Shown here: one piece after another, positions 12,888 to 24,900 of the stretch | How the letters are laid out: each line of letters opens with the position of its first letter | How positions within the stretch are numbered: the first letter of the stretch is position 1 | From: Ostrea edulis | Lineage: Eukaryota | Length of the DNA: 64,000 nt | Direction: 5' to 3' | Assembly (NCBI RefSeq): GCF_947568905.1 | Contig: NC_079170.1 | Coordinates: 14,136,001-14,200,000 of the forward strand | Notes under the pieces: generated by a model | Databases searched by the model: none | Told to the model about the DNA's origin: nothing | The model's input: the letters and a program-made list of their open reading frames with translations, nothing else | Position numbers and translations under genes: made by a program

Positions 12888-14692
12888 ATGGGAAAACTAT
12901 CAACAGTATTTAATATCTTAGCTATATTTACCAACGTTGCTTTCTCACAATCAAAATGCGCAAAAAGACCATTTTATATGAAGTCTTACTTATTTCACTC
13001 CGAAGACTGTTCCATGTACTATATCTGTTTTAATGGACGAGGATTTCTGATGAAGTGCGACAACGAAGAAGTTTTCGATATCGAGTCCACGTCATGTGTT
13101 CGAAGAGGATCGGAAATGGACAAGTGTAAGTATTTAATTTCAAATTAATTTCATCATGATACATGTGTTGTTTATTGATTACGCTGTGACTGTTAGACGT
13201 TGACGACCCAAGTAACTTATACATCCAGATATTTAGATTCTCGTACCACGGTTTGAATTCAAGTTATCATCGTTACATGCATATACTTGTGAGTTAAAGT
13301 AACAATTGGTTTTAGTTCTGCTTGACCATGATAGCTAGGAGGAAATGTATACATACCAGGTATTATACGGTAAAAAATATGGAGTTGAAACATTGTGAAG
13401 TATTGTGTAGTTGTAATGCGATACGTGCATGCAACTGTTTACAATCATGTAATTATTTGTTGCGAAAAATTAACATAATTACCACGGTTCAGAGATAAAT
13501 TTCCTTACTTGTTACTCTACACTTATAGGAATGACCTACTGTTATTCAGAACTTTTTATCGACAATCAATTGCTGCTGTACAACAGTAATAGTCTGTATA
13601 TTTAACAGCCAATCATCTTAACTATTCATTATTTTCAAAAATCTGCAGGTCTATGCCAGCAAAATACCTCTAATCATGACGACATTACTTTGCATCAACA
13701 GGTTCTTCACATTTCGATAAAGAATCCCTTCGTTGTTCAGCGTACGACACCGGATTACTTCCTGATACTGAGAGTTGTGCCAAGTATTTTGATTGTTCCG
13801 GCAAGTCACGTGGTAAACCTACCCCACGTGAATGCCCATATCCGTATCTGTTTGATTCCAAGTTGAAGTCATGTCGATATTTTACAGAAGTGACTTGTGG
13901 AGATAGACCAGAACCTAAGAATCCATGTACGTGAGACATTACTACTCTTCATAACCTCCATTCCTTCAAATTATTAATATCATCTAATCTCAATTATATT
14001 GTAAATAAAACAATTCTATTTACTTTCGATTCATTTAACTATCTACTCGAAACGTAAATTGACGTCTCAACAGAACGAAATTATGCCAATATGTAGACTG
14101 AAAGTTACTGTAATATCTTGAAAGGTGACTGAATGGAATACCATTGTTTAACCCTGCGCTCTGTGTACAGAAAGATTGCTAGAAGTCTGTTTACTACATT
14201 AAGGTACCATGTCGATATATCATCATTGATCGACAGGGGATGCTTACTCCTCTTAGACACCTGATACCATGTTTGCCGAGCTTTTTATTTTGAATTCCTT
14301 GCGGGGTGTATGAGATTCATCACTGTTCGTTACATTCGCCTTTCATCATCATTTATGTATATTCCAGAAATGCTTTATCAAAGTAGACTGTTACATCGTG
14401 ATGCTTATCAATTAGTGAAGCGATGATGAATTGTCATAATATGTTCTACTTTCCAGGTGACTATGATTTGAAACCTTGTAAGGACAACGACTGTTCTGCC
14501 TGTCATTCAAACTATCCCAGTTGTGTCGATTTCCCTGATGGTTTGAACCCTTGGAGGGGTCGGGAGTGGACACCACATTTCATATTGTGTTCAGGGGAGA
14601 GAGTTCTCTTCCACGGTGTGTGCTCCGATTCGCAGATTTTCCACCCAGACCAATTAAAATGTGTAGAATCGAATGTACACAATCTTAGTTAA
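12888..14692 (+). CDS. Secreted chitin-binding protein with three peritrophin-A/CBM14-like domains, about 233 aa; exons 12888-13125, 13702-13926, 14457-14692
   Basis: Signal peptide; C..DCSMYYIC..KC..SC..KC; CSAYDTGLLPDTESCAKYFDC..ECPYPYLFD..C..TCGDRPEPKNPC; CDY..C..C..CH..YPSC..PDGLNPWRGRE. All introns GT-AG, phase 1-1. Confidence 0.9.
14230..14347 (+). mobile_element. Naiad-type PLE 3' fragment in intron 2 of the chitin-binding gene
   Basis: atcgacaggggatgcttactcctc...tatgagattcatcactgttcgttac..cctttcat. Confidence 0.7.
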
Positions 14693-15518
14693 AACCTTTA
14701 AAATACATGGTTTATTGTATATGTTGCATAAATTATTTCTATTTATTACCATTGTCCTATTGTACATGTTTAATGAATTTGGATCTCAAGTTTATATAAT
14801 ATATTCCTTAGTTTATTGTACAATCAATGTATTGTTATATGAATGTTCAAGTCACGAGAATTCCAATTTAGTGTTTGTATATTTTGTGTGTTTTGTGTTC
14901 TTGATATGTGGCATAATTCATGGTTTGATTCTTTGTATATTTTAATGTCTATGACTCATTAGTTACATATTTGTGGACCTACTCAATATCAACTATTACA
15001 TGTGTGTATGCTTATTAGGATGCTTACCCGTTGTTAATTAAAACCTTCAAAAGAAGGATTTCTAATGCATCTCTTAATTTATTTCCATTTAAGAATAGTC
15101 ATCGTATAGTATTCATTTAATGCATTTAGATAACAAGTGTTTCTATTCGTCTCTTATCTAATTTTAGCATTTACTCCATTTTCATGTATTATTGATATAA
15201 TAGGAATGTTCCAGTTTTGAGAATTTCAATATTGATATAGATAGTTTAAAAATGCGTCATTGCTATACTTGACTCTACAATGTAATTATATTTATTTGAC
15301 TGCTTTGAATGTTACATGTTTGATTCATATCTGATGTACAAATAGACTCACAATCAATATCTGCTAACACAAAATCTTGATAAAAAATGTAAAATAAAGA
15401 ATAATGATTTATTTGATAAATACAAAGTTTAGTTTATTTTCTCCACAATGACTTTATTTTTAGTCCTTTTCAAATATTTTCTTGAATTATAATCATATAA
15501 AATGACAAGTAATATATG

Positions 15519-15878
15519 AAAGGTGACGATAACGAACAGTGATCAATCTCATAATTCCTACAAGCAATACAGAATAGAGAGTGGGGGAACACAGACTCCT
15601 GGACAAACCAGAGGTGGGATTAGGTGTCTAGGAGGAGTAAGCACCCCCTGTCGACCGGTCACACACGCCGTGAGCCGTTTATCTTGATCAGGTAAAAGGA
15701 GTTATCCTTAGTCTAAATCAGTGTGCCAATAACGGCCTAACATCGGTATAAAACACGTCAGGCAACGGTTGACCCAATGAGAGGTTGTATTGGCAAACTA
15801 GATCATTATAAAGACCATTGCATTTGCGAAAAGGTGATTCTAACAAGGCTGTTCTAACCCCTGCACCATCAATTTGTT

Positions 15879-15880
<2 letters not shown>
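15519..15880 (-). mobile_element. Naiad-type PLE 3' fragment abutting a (TA)n run
   Basis: gaaaggtgacgataacgaacagtgatcaatctc...; ORF tail [25 protein letters not shown] is the RT C-terminus. Confidence 0.8.
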
Positions 15881-15919
<39 letters not shown>

Positions 15920-15949
15920 TTGTTCGTGTCGTTGGTCATTTTGGTGCTT

Positions 15950-16007
<58 letters not shown>
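15881..16007. repeat. Two (TA)n microsatellites (about 15881-15917 and 15953-16007)
   Basis: Direct reading. Confidence 0.95.
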
Positions 16008-16009
<2 letters not shown>

Positions 16010-16545
16010 CACGAAAACTCTACCTTATTAAAGTGTCGGATCTGAGAAGATATAAGGCCAGTAAAGAAATTCATAAAAACACCGAAAAGGCCACGACACT
16101 GTTGGTAAATATAGCTATGTCCATAATCTCAACTCAAATGTTGGGCATTTTTCACGTTCACATCCAAATCGTATCTAAACGAGCCCAATATTGTTTTGAA
16201 CTTAATCACTGCATATCATTATCTTCCTACTATTTTATTTCATAATCACATTGTTTTGGAAGTTTTCACTCTAAATTTATCTGATTTTTGTAATTTCAAG
16301 AATAATTTCATTTTCATCCCGACCCGACCATGGTACAGACTCTCTAAACCATCTGACGTCAGTAAACATGCTTTACAACAAAACCAACATTTTTGTCACC
16401 CAGTACAACAGTGTATTATTCTTGTTACCATTGTAGTTTATTGATACTTGTCGTTTTTCGTGGTGTGTGTTATTGGTTGATGTAATATATGTCTCTTGAT
16501 AAAGACACGGGTTGCGTCGAAAATTTGAGTATTAAATAACCAACA

Positions 16546-16600
<55 letters not shown>

Positions 16601-16602
16601 GT
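16546..16602. repeat. Compound (TG)n(TA)n microsatellite
   Basis: Direct reading. Confidence 0.95.
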
Positions 16603-17347
16603 ATATATAGTTTGTGGACAAAATACTGTAAAGTAATCTTTGTATTACTTTGTGACCTTGAAATCGCCCCCGATTTGTATTTTCATTTGAAATAAAGAAA
16701 ACCAATGCATGTACATATCGACTCGGCACAGGTGAAAGATGATATGTTATTTCGATCAAGGCATATTCTTAAAGCTAATTAGTTGCAGATTTAGGATTTT
16801 GATATAGAAGATAGGATATTTGGCTCGTTTATATACGATTTGGATGTGAATGTGCAAAATGCTCAACATTTGAGTTGAGATTATGGACATTACTATATTT
16901 GAGAGGATATTGTACCGATCCGTATCACTTTTGAAATTTAGCACATCGATGTCGACATATTAAGCCCAAACTGCAAATGATTTGAGTGCATGTTTCACCT
17001 GTGCCAAGGTAAACAGCGGATAAAAATAGCTCTACGTCACTTGTATGACGACGTAATAGTTAAGCGAAGGATTTCCTCACGTGCTACGATGTTTGTTTAT
17101 GTATTGACGAACGATTTTTACTAAAAATATGCGACGCTTGCAAGAATTTTACTTTAACATGAATATGCTGTTATTACTTGTTATTTTACTCGGGACGCAT
17201 TCACCACGCTGTGTAATTATTAAAGACAAAAATGGTCCTTTGTCTTTACTCCGAATGGTACATAAGTATCAATGTTTTTCTTCCATACATTTTCTCTAAA
17301 GCGACGATAGATGTCATCGTTGGAAAGGTTTTTTTTTTCAATTCCTA

Positions 17348-18530
17348 TATAAGGAATGACTTTAATTCTGGGGCAAGTTATACGAGTATAACCTGGTTTG
17401 GGTCAGGTTACGCTTTATAATCCGCGAAGCGGAATATAAAAAAGCGTAAACTAACTCAAACCAGGTTATACTCGTATAACTTGCCCCAGAATTAAAGTCA
17501 TTCCTTATAATTTAATGCAAGAGACAAATATGTTATCCTTCGTTTATCAAAATGTACATACACTCGGAAAAATACAAGTCAACCAAGCCGCGCAATGATT
17601 TACTTAGCAACAGCGACACGAAGCGTCTAGATCTAGCTTCGAAGCCAAAGGTCGCCATCTTTAATCTTAGTTTTACGGAGCCTAGCCATTTATCAAAATA
17701 TTGTATCGAAAGTGAAGTTGATCATGATAGAAAATATGCGTAGACTATCCATGTAGTGCGTATTTCGCTGCCCTTTAGAGATAGAGATCGACTTTGAAGT
17801 CGCTCATCTCCGACAGATTGAGAAAATACGGGAAATTGCATTGTTTAGGCCTACCCAAAATAAATCTTCAAATATCAGAAAATGCAATAATTTACAGCTT
17901 TCAACTCTGTGAAAACTTCTACTAAATGAAAACTTACCCTTGTCTGCAATGTTGTCGCTAATAGTAAATCCGACACAAGAAAATATGTAAGCAAGTAACA
18001 AATAGCATCCACATGTCAATGTGTCTGACGTCATGTGATAAAATGTAACGTACGAATTTTTGCTTGCTTTGTTGAAAGACGGATCAAGGAATGAAACAAC
18101 GCACCCCCTTCTTTTCCCCAGTGAGAAATGTATTTCAAAATGAACAGGGTAATGCTTACTTGGCAAATCATTAATTCGAATATAATATATTTGTTTTAAT
18201 CTATCAATAGTATTATTCGACCATACATACAGAGAAAGATGTTTAACAAAAGTGATTTGCGTACAAGTGGACCTAGATGCTAATATTGACAACGAGAAAA
18301 CAACATGTGTATCAAACCGAAGCATCTTATTGTGCACGTTGACTTTCTATTCCATAGAAGTTTAGAGAGAGAGAGAGAGAGAAAGAAAAATAGTTCCGAT
18401 ATCTGGTTGTCAAGGGGGTGTGTACCCATACCAAACCAGCTAACCAAACCAGGTTATACAAAAATAACCTGTGTTCCTCAATTGGAATTTGACCAATCAG
18501 AGACAAGGATACAATAAGAATTAAATTATT
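17348..18530. mobile_element. Non-coding element with a 162-bp terminal hairpin (17348-17509) and a distal partial arm copy plus gaccaatcag; Crypton-like architecture
   Basis: 53-bp perfect arms 17348-17400 / 17457-17509; ctaaccaaaccaggttatac recurs at about 18440 and gaccaatcaga at about 18491. The same layout is seen at 38967-39455. Class assignment is inference. Confidence 0.5.
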
Positions 18531-18551
18531 ATAGAATAATCGTCAATATTA

Positions 18552-18730
18552 TGATAATGATCAGGATATAGGGCTCACGGCGAGTGTGATCGGTCAACAG
18601 GGGATGTTTACTCCTCCTAGGCACCTGATCCCACCTGTGCTGTGTCCAGGGGTCCGTGTTTGCCCAACTATCTAATTTGTATTGCTTGTAGGAGTTATGA
18701 GATTGATCACTGTTCGTTATCTTCACCTTA
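18552..18730 (+). mobile_element. Naiad-type PLE 3' terminal fragment
   Basis: gatcaggatatagggctcacggcg...tgttcgttatcttcacctt. Confidence 0.85.
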
Positions 18731-18910
18731 CATAGAGATGAATAGCAACAGGGTCATCAGTTTCTCGTCTGATAAATGACAAATTCAAAACATGCCTTTG
18801 GTATAAAGTTACCCCAGTTCGTAAATATGCAACTTTGCAGCATGAATGGTATATTGTTAAGATCGGAACGTAAACAAGAACACAATTAAGAGTCAGCATT
18901 TATATGTTAT

Positions 18911-21900
18911 CTATATGGAACAAACAACACATGACACAAGATTATGCTGTCTGTATGGCGGACACGGCAGAGATCCACATATGGTTCTTACGGGGTAAAA
19001 TAACCTTCCATTATCATCATTTTCAGAACCTTCTATGGCATCTGGGTTGTCATCTAGGCACAAGTATTCCGAGACATGATATTTATACCTATCTGCTGTC
19101 AGAATACCTGAATACTGTTTTCGCCAATGCACCGGACACGACCTTTTCCCAGGGATCATGATGGTGGAAGAAAGTTTGACTTGGCAGACAGTGCATGGGA
19201 CGTCCTCTTGTATTCGAACATGGCCTACGTTTAATTGATACTCGCCACCATAAAGATAGGCATAGTCGTCATCTACTGGCACAGAAACACCATACGGTAG
19301 GCTTTCTGGATCATGAGGCATACAGAGTGTGTTAGCGCCGTTCCCACTGTTTCCATAATCACTTCCGGCAGTAAACCCTGTGTAAATATTGTATTCGTAT
19401 AAACGTAGCAGCGAATACCCAGTTTCTGAGTAAGGTTTAATGATGTATGAATAAAAGATAAATTCTCATATTTAAGATTAATGCTCTGTTGTTTACATTG
19501 TGAGTTTTCGAAACGATGCGTCTCATATGTATCAAACACATTATGGCTACATGCTCCTTTAGCAATGCTTAATTTCAAAACATATTTGCTATTCGAATTC
19601 GATACTACGTGTTTAAAAACACAGTTGCACTTAATTTTCCTTCCGGTGCTAAATAATTATATATATTTGCATTGATCATTCATATAATTGAATTCTGGGG
19701 ATGAGTTAGTGGTTTATGTAAAACAGTGGTATATTGCCTTATTGATTTGATTGACCTCTTTTAAATATTTCATGCGCGGACCTCGGGGTAAATATGAAAA
19801 AAAAAATAAATAAAAAGAAATTAAACGTTACCATTATATACCATCTGTGTTTCACTCACGTTTGGACAGTTGTTCTTTCCCCAAATTGTAAAAGTTGACC
19901 CTGTTGAAAACAGAACGTTAATTATTCTTTTAGAAGAATATTATAAAATACATCATTCCTGAAACACCAGCATTAGGTGCAATTCATTTTTGTCATTTAT
20001 TGTTGTATGTAAGCAATATTTTATTGAAACAAAGGATATGATTAAGAATGAGTATTAAAGCAAATGTAATCCTTTCATTCAACGTAATTTGTTTCTTGAT
20101 TTGTCTTTTCACTTCACTTCAATGATCCTTCATGCATTTAGATTTGCCTCCAGTTGCAACTGGATGTCAATAAATGTATGAATTGGGGCTGTGGGGTGAT
20201 TTTTTTATCCTGACAATAACCGCGAGACGGAATGGAACCACAGTTCTTAAGGTCTCATTCACAAGACCTGCGAATCTTATCAACGCTAAGCTTTGGACAA
20301 AATAGCAGTCATTACATGTTTTTACGTCTTAGGTGAAACAGGGAAGTTAACGCATCCATGGTACGAACGGGATTTTAATCCACGACCTTCAATACACAAA
20401 TATGCAGAACTCAAATTAGATTATCTAACATTTTGACAAATATAACGCGTGACACCATGGGGAAACGTTTGCATTAGCAACCCTCTAGAATTTCTTAGGA
20501 CGATATTTCTTTAAATATTTCGTCGATAATTCTTTGTTGTATACAAACAGTTTCAGGTTCGCTGAGATTTCATTCTTCTGAGGTGCTCCATGTCTCTCTG
20601 CCTCTCGTGAGATAACCACAATCCCAGACATTACGAGAAAGACATATCATTCCTGGAAAAATCTTTGTCATAAGAAAATTCATCAGCGGACTTTGATGAG
20701 GAATTGGGTACCATTGTTATTTATAATGCGACCGTAAAGAACAAACAAAACACAAAATTTCTCCGAGACAAAGTAAATCAATCAACCTCAGAAAGCAGTA
20801 GATCTTCCAGTAAGTCTTATAACTCACGACAAATTGCGAAGAAACGTAGCTCCAGACGTTGTAGCCATGACTCAAGATCCGCAGACAACGCATGGGATCC
20901 GTCCAATTTTTAATGCCTCGATTGTCACTTTCGCAAATCCTGGAACAACACAGCTTTTCAAGGCTTTAAACGTTCGTCCTACCCAACCAGAAGTAGATGA
21001 CAAAGCAGTCAGAGATAAAGCTTTGAGAATTTTCCGGAAGATTGAGACTAAAGGAGCACTTCTCTAGGAATGACAAGGATTATACTGACATTCCCTCCAA
21101 TCTTACAAAACGATCTAAGCTAGAAAAACTCTACAAACTTAAGCGTCCCTGATATCCTCCATCTGGAAAATATGGGGCCTTGGAATCTTATGTCGACGCA
21201 GCTAAATTTGATATTAAAGATATCTTGTCTAAAAGATCATGTATTTCAGACTTCAACAAAGATGAAAGAGCTACTCTTGAAAAGCTTAATCCACATACAG
21301 CTAGGTGACAAGCGATTTTACGAAAAGCTGGATTCAGATCCTACAGGGGAATGTTCAGCCTTCATAACTGAAACTGAACACTACGTTTACGAAGCAGCTC
21401 TGTCCTGCTTACTGCATATCGGGACAATTCTACTTTCTCCCAAAAATCCACAAGGAAGGCACGCCACGTAAGTGTCATCTGACATTCCACGAAGATAATT
21501 TCTGAATTCCTCGACTTACGTATCCGTCCTCATGTAGAAGATTGACCGTCATATCTCAGACATCCTTGATTACATTAAAAAGCACTCCCTCTGAACTTCC
21601 CGACAGCACAGTATTGATGACTGTGAACGTCACATCCTTGTATACATAAATTCCACACGAGGAGAGCATTGAAGCTTGAGAGGAAATCTTTAACATGAAG
21701 TCTATTCAGAGACTTCTGAATCGGTAGTCAAGCTCCTGGGACATGTTCACAAGTTGAATAGCTTCATGGTGAACGGCAAGAATTGCCTACAATAAATTAG
21801 TGAAACGGCAAAAGACACTACTTGTTCTACGTATGATGAGTTTTTAAAGGCCACTGACAAACAAATTGAAGGCGCAATGGTTTCAACAATCTCGTTCATA

Positions 21901-24900
21901 GTCAGCATTTCGCAAATTTTATGGTCGTCATCACAATCTAGTGTGCCAATACAACCTATCTTTAGGTCAACTGCTGTCTGATGTTTTTCATATCAATTTC
22001 TTGGCACACTGATTTTAAATACGGTCGAAAAGGGATGCTTACTCCTCCTAGACACCTGATCACATCTTTCGAATACCCAGGGGTCTTTGTTTTCCCAACT
22101 CTCTACTTTGTATTGCTGATAGGAGTTATGATATTGATCACTGTTGGTTATTTTCACTTTTCAAATTTATTCAAAAACTTCTACGTGAGTAGAAAAATAT
22201 ATTGCTGTGGCCTTCGATTCGACATTTAGATATATCGACGACGTATTATTTATTAACTTTAAGACATTTCATTGATATGTCGATTCGATATATCCCGGTG
22301 AACTCGAAATAAAAGACACCACAGAGTCGTCAAATTCTGCTTCATACTTAGATATCTACTATTGAAAGTAAATATTAATAGCAAACTAACAACTCAGCTT
22401 TATGACAAACGGAATTACTTCAGCTTCTCCATCGTCAACTTCCCATATTTATGTAGCAATATTTCATTATCACCTGCATATGGTGCTTATATATCTCAAC
22501 CGATTCAATACACAAGAGCTTCTTCTGCTTATGGTAAGTTTTAAAATCGAAGCAGGCTACTGACAGACAAGTTGATGGTACAGGGATTCTAACAGTCTCG
22601 TTTAAAATCAGTATTTTTCAAATTCTATGATCGTTATAATGATTTAGTTTGCCAATACAACATAGCATTGGGTCAAATGTTGTCTGACGTGTTTCATACC
22701 GATTGTTAAGCTGTTTTTGACACACTGATTTTGACTACAAACAACTCCGTATACCTGACCAAGATATAAGGCTCACGGCGGGTGTGACCTTTCGAAAGAG
22801 GATGCTTAATTATTCTTCTGGTATGTCCAGGGGTCTGTGTTTGCCCAACTATTGATTTTGTATTGCTTATTGGAGTTATGAGATTGATCTCTGATTGTTA
22901 TTGTCTAGTCATTGAATAAACGGTTTAGTCTTAAATCGATAACTATTCAACTGTTGGTTTAAAGCTTGCAAATAGGAGAAAACTGAAGAGTGTACGTAAT
23001 CTTTTTTTTACATTTTAAGAAAAATACATTTCATGATTTGCAGTATACACTGAGGTGATATAGCCACATGGTTATTTCTATCACGTTTATTGAATCGCAC
23101 AGCATTTTGCATGCACGAATAATCCCGAGCATCACGTCACTCATTTCTTCATCCTGTTCACTGCTACATGTCGACTGTATTAGAACAGCAAGTTTTTTTT
23201 TCAGATACAAATTCCTCTGACAGTTAACGGCGTACATCCTTGGACGAATTTGGCTCCACTTGTTTGGCATGCTGTTTTGGCTATATTTAGATCTAAAACT
23301 TCATAGTTATTTCGGATTTCAAACATTTCGGTTGAGCATCACTGAAGAGACATTATTTGTCGAAATGCGCATCTGGTGCATCAAAATTGGTACCGTATAA
23401 GTTTTACATTATGACCCCTGGGTCGAGGCCTCTGCTGGTGGACTGTTAGTCCCCGAGGGTCTCTACAGCCCAGTAGCTAAGTACTTCGTTACTAGCTTGA
23501 AAATACGGATGTATATTTAATTGTTGTTATAAAATTTAGAAATTCATTTCAAAATTAAGGATTATCTCCCTCATGCATAGCTCTTATCCTTGGACGAATT
23601 TGGCTCCACTTGTTTGGCACGCTGTTTTTGGCTATATTTAGCTCTAAAACTTCATAGTTATTTCGGATTTCAAACATTTGGGTTGAGCATCACTGAAGAG
23701 ACATCATTTGTCGAAATGCGCATCTGGTGCATCAAAATTGGTACCGTATAAGTTTTACATCCTAGAGGTACAGTCGTTCTTAATGAATTAGAATGAAATT
23801 CCACTAAGCCAATGTTTTATACATACTTTTCTCAACTTTAGAAATGATGTTCATTCCAAAGGGCTTATCTGTGGATCATTTGTCTTTAGCCGGTTTTGGT
23901 CCTCGACCAAAAGTGCAAAGATGCATCAAAAAGTAGGTGTCACAAAAAGAATAGTGTTCTTTTATATCTTCCGAAAAGGTAGTAGTATTTTCTACTTGGA
24001 ACTGATTTAAAACTCTGTTGGAACCCATTTCCAACTTTTTATCAGGTATATCACTACCAGGTGAAAGGTCAAAGTTTAATTTGCTTAAGACAATGCACGT
24101 TCATTTTTCTCATATTGTAAATTCCAAAATAACATTGCTAAGGACATTATTTATATCCTTAACCTCGCTAACTTCTTTTGATTTAATTTATGTCAGAAAA
24201 ATTCATCAACTGAATCCATTACCCTTCTTTCATGAAATAAATTAAAGTTTATTCGGTATATACAAATATACATACATATATATTAAGGATAAGCTTATTT
24301 CCAATGGGGTCCTTTGATGTACGGATATTTGCGCTAGGGGGTCATTGATGTGGAAGGAAACCTGGGTACCCGAAGGAAACCCATGTGTCCGAGCGGGCGA
24401 CCACCATACCCTCTCACATACAACCACTGCCGATCAAGGGGATTGGACTCGGATCGCAGCAGTGAGAAACGAGAGCGCTATCTCTGTGCTACCCGGACAT
24501 GTGATGAAAAAACCTGTGTAAGAGCCCTTTTTATAGACAATACTACTGTTGAATAGGTGAATGGTTACATGTAACAGACCATATCTGTCACCTGACTTTA
24601 TTACGAGCACTCTCATTTTATTTCAGCAAGTGAATATTTGAATGGTTTCTATCAGCAGGGGCTAGATTAAGGGATAAATAAGTCGATGGTGTTGAATAGT
24701 TCAGAGAAAACATCCCCACCTCTGGACTTCAGCCCTCGGTGACATTGATTTCTCTGAACTATTTAACACCATCGACTTATTTATCCATAACATATATATG
24801 TACACAGAATTCTTCACTCCCATAATTAGCCGAGTAGAAAAACAACATAGTCATTATATCCGTTGATGAAATTTTCATGCTTGGCAATCGTTGTTTATAA

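Noticed and set aside
13649-13701. Upstream acceptor (ctgcag|gt) for exon 2 of the + strand chitin-binding gene
   Set aside because: It puts the CBM14 domain out of frame; the acceptor at 13701/13702 restores frame and Cys spacing.
15718-16074. ORFs with YIYIYI or HTHT runs (15718, 15818, 16532)
   Set aside because: Translations of (TA)n and (TG)n microsatellites.
23031-23270. 79-aa minus ORF next to the retrozyme
   Set aside because: Its start lies inside the repeat; no family match is recognisable and no splice partners were found.
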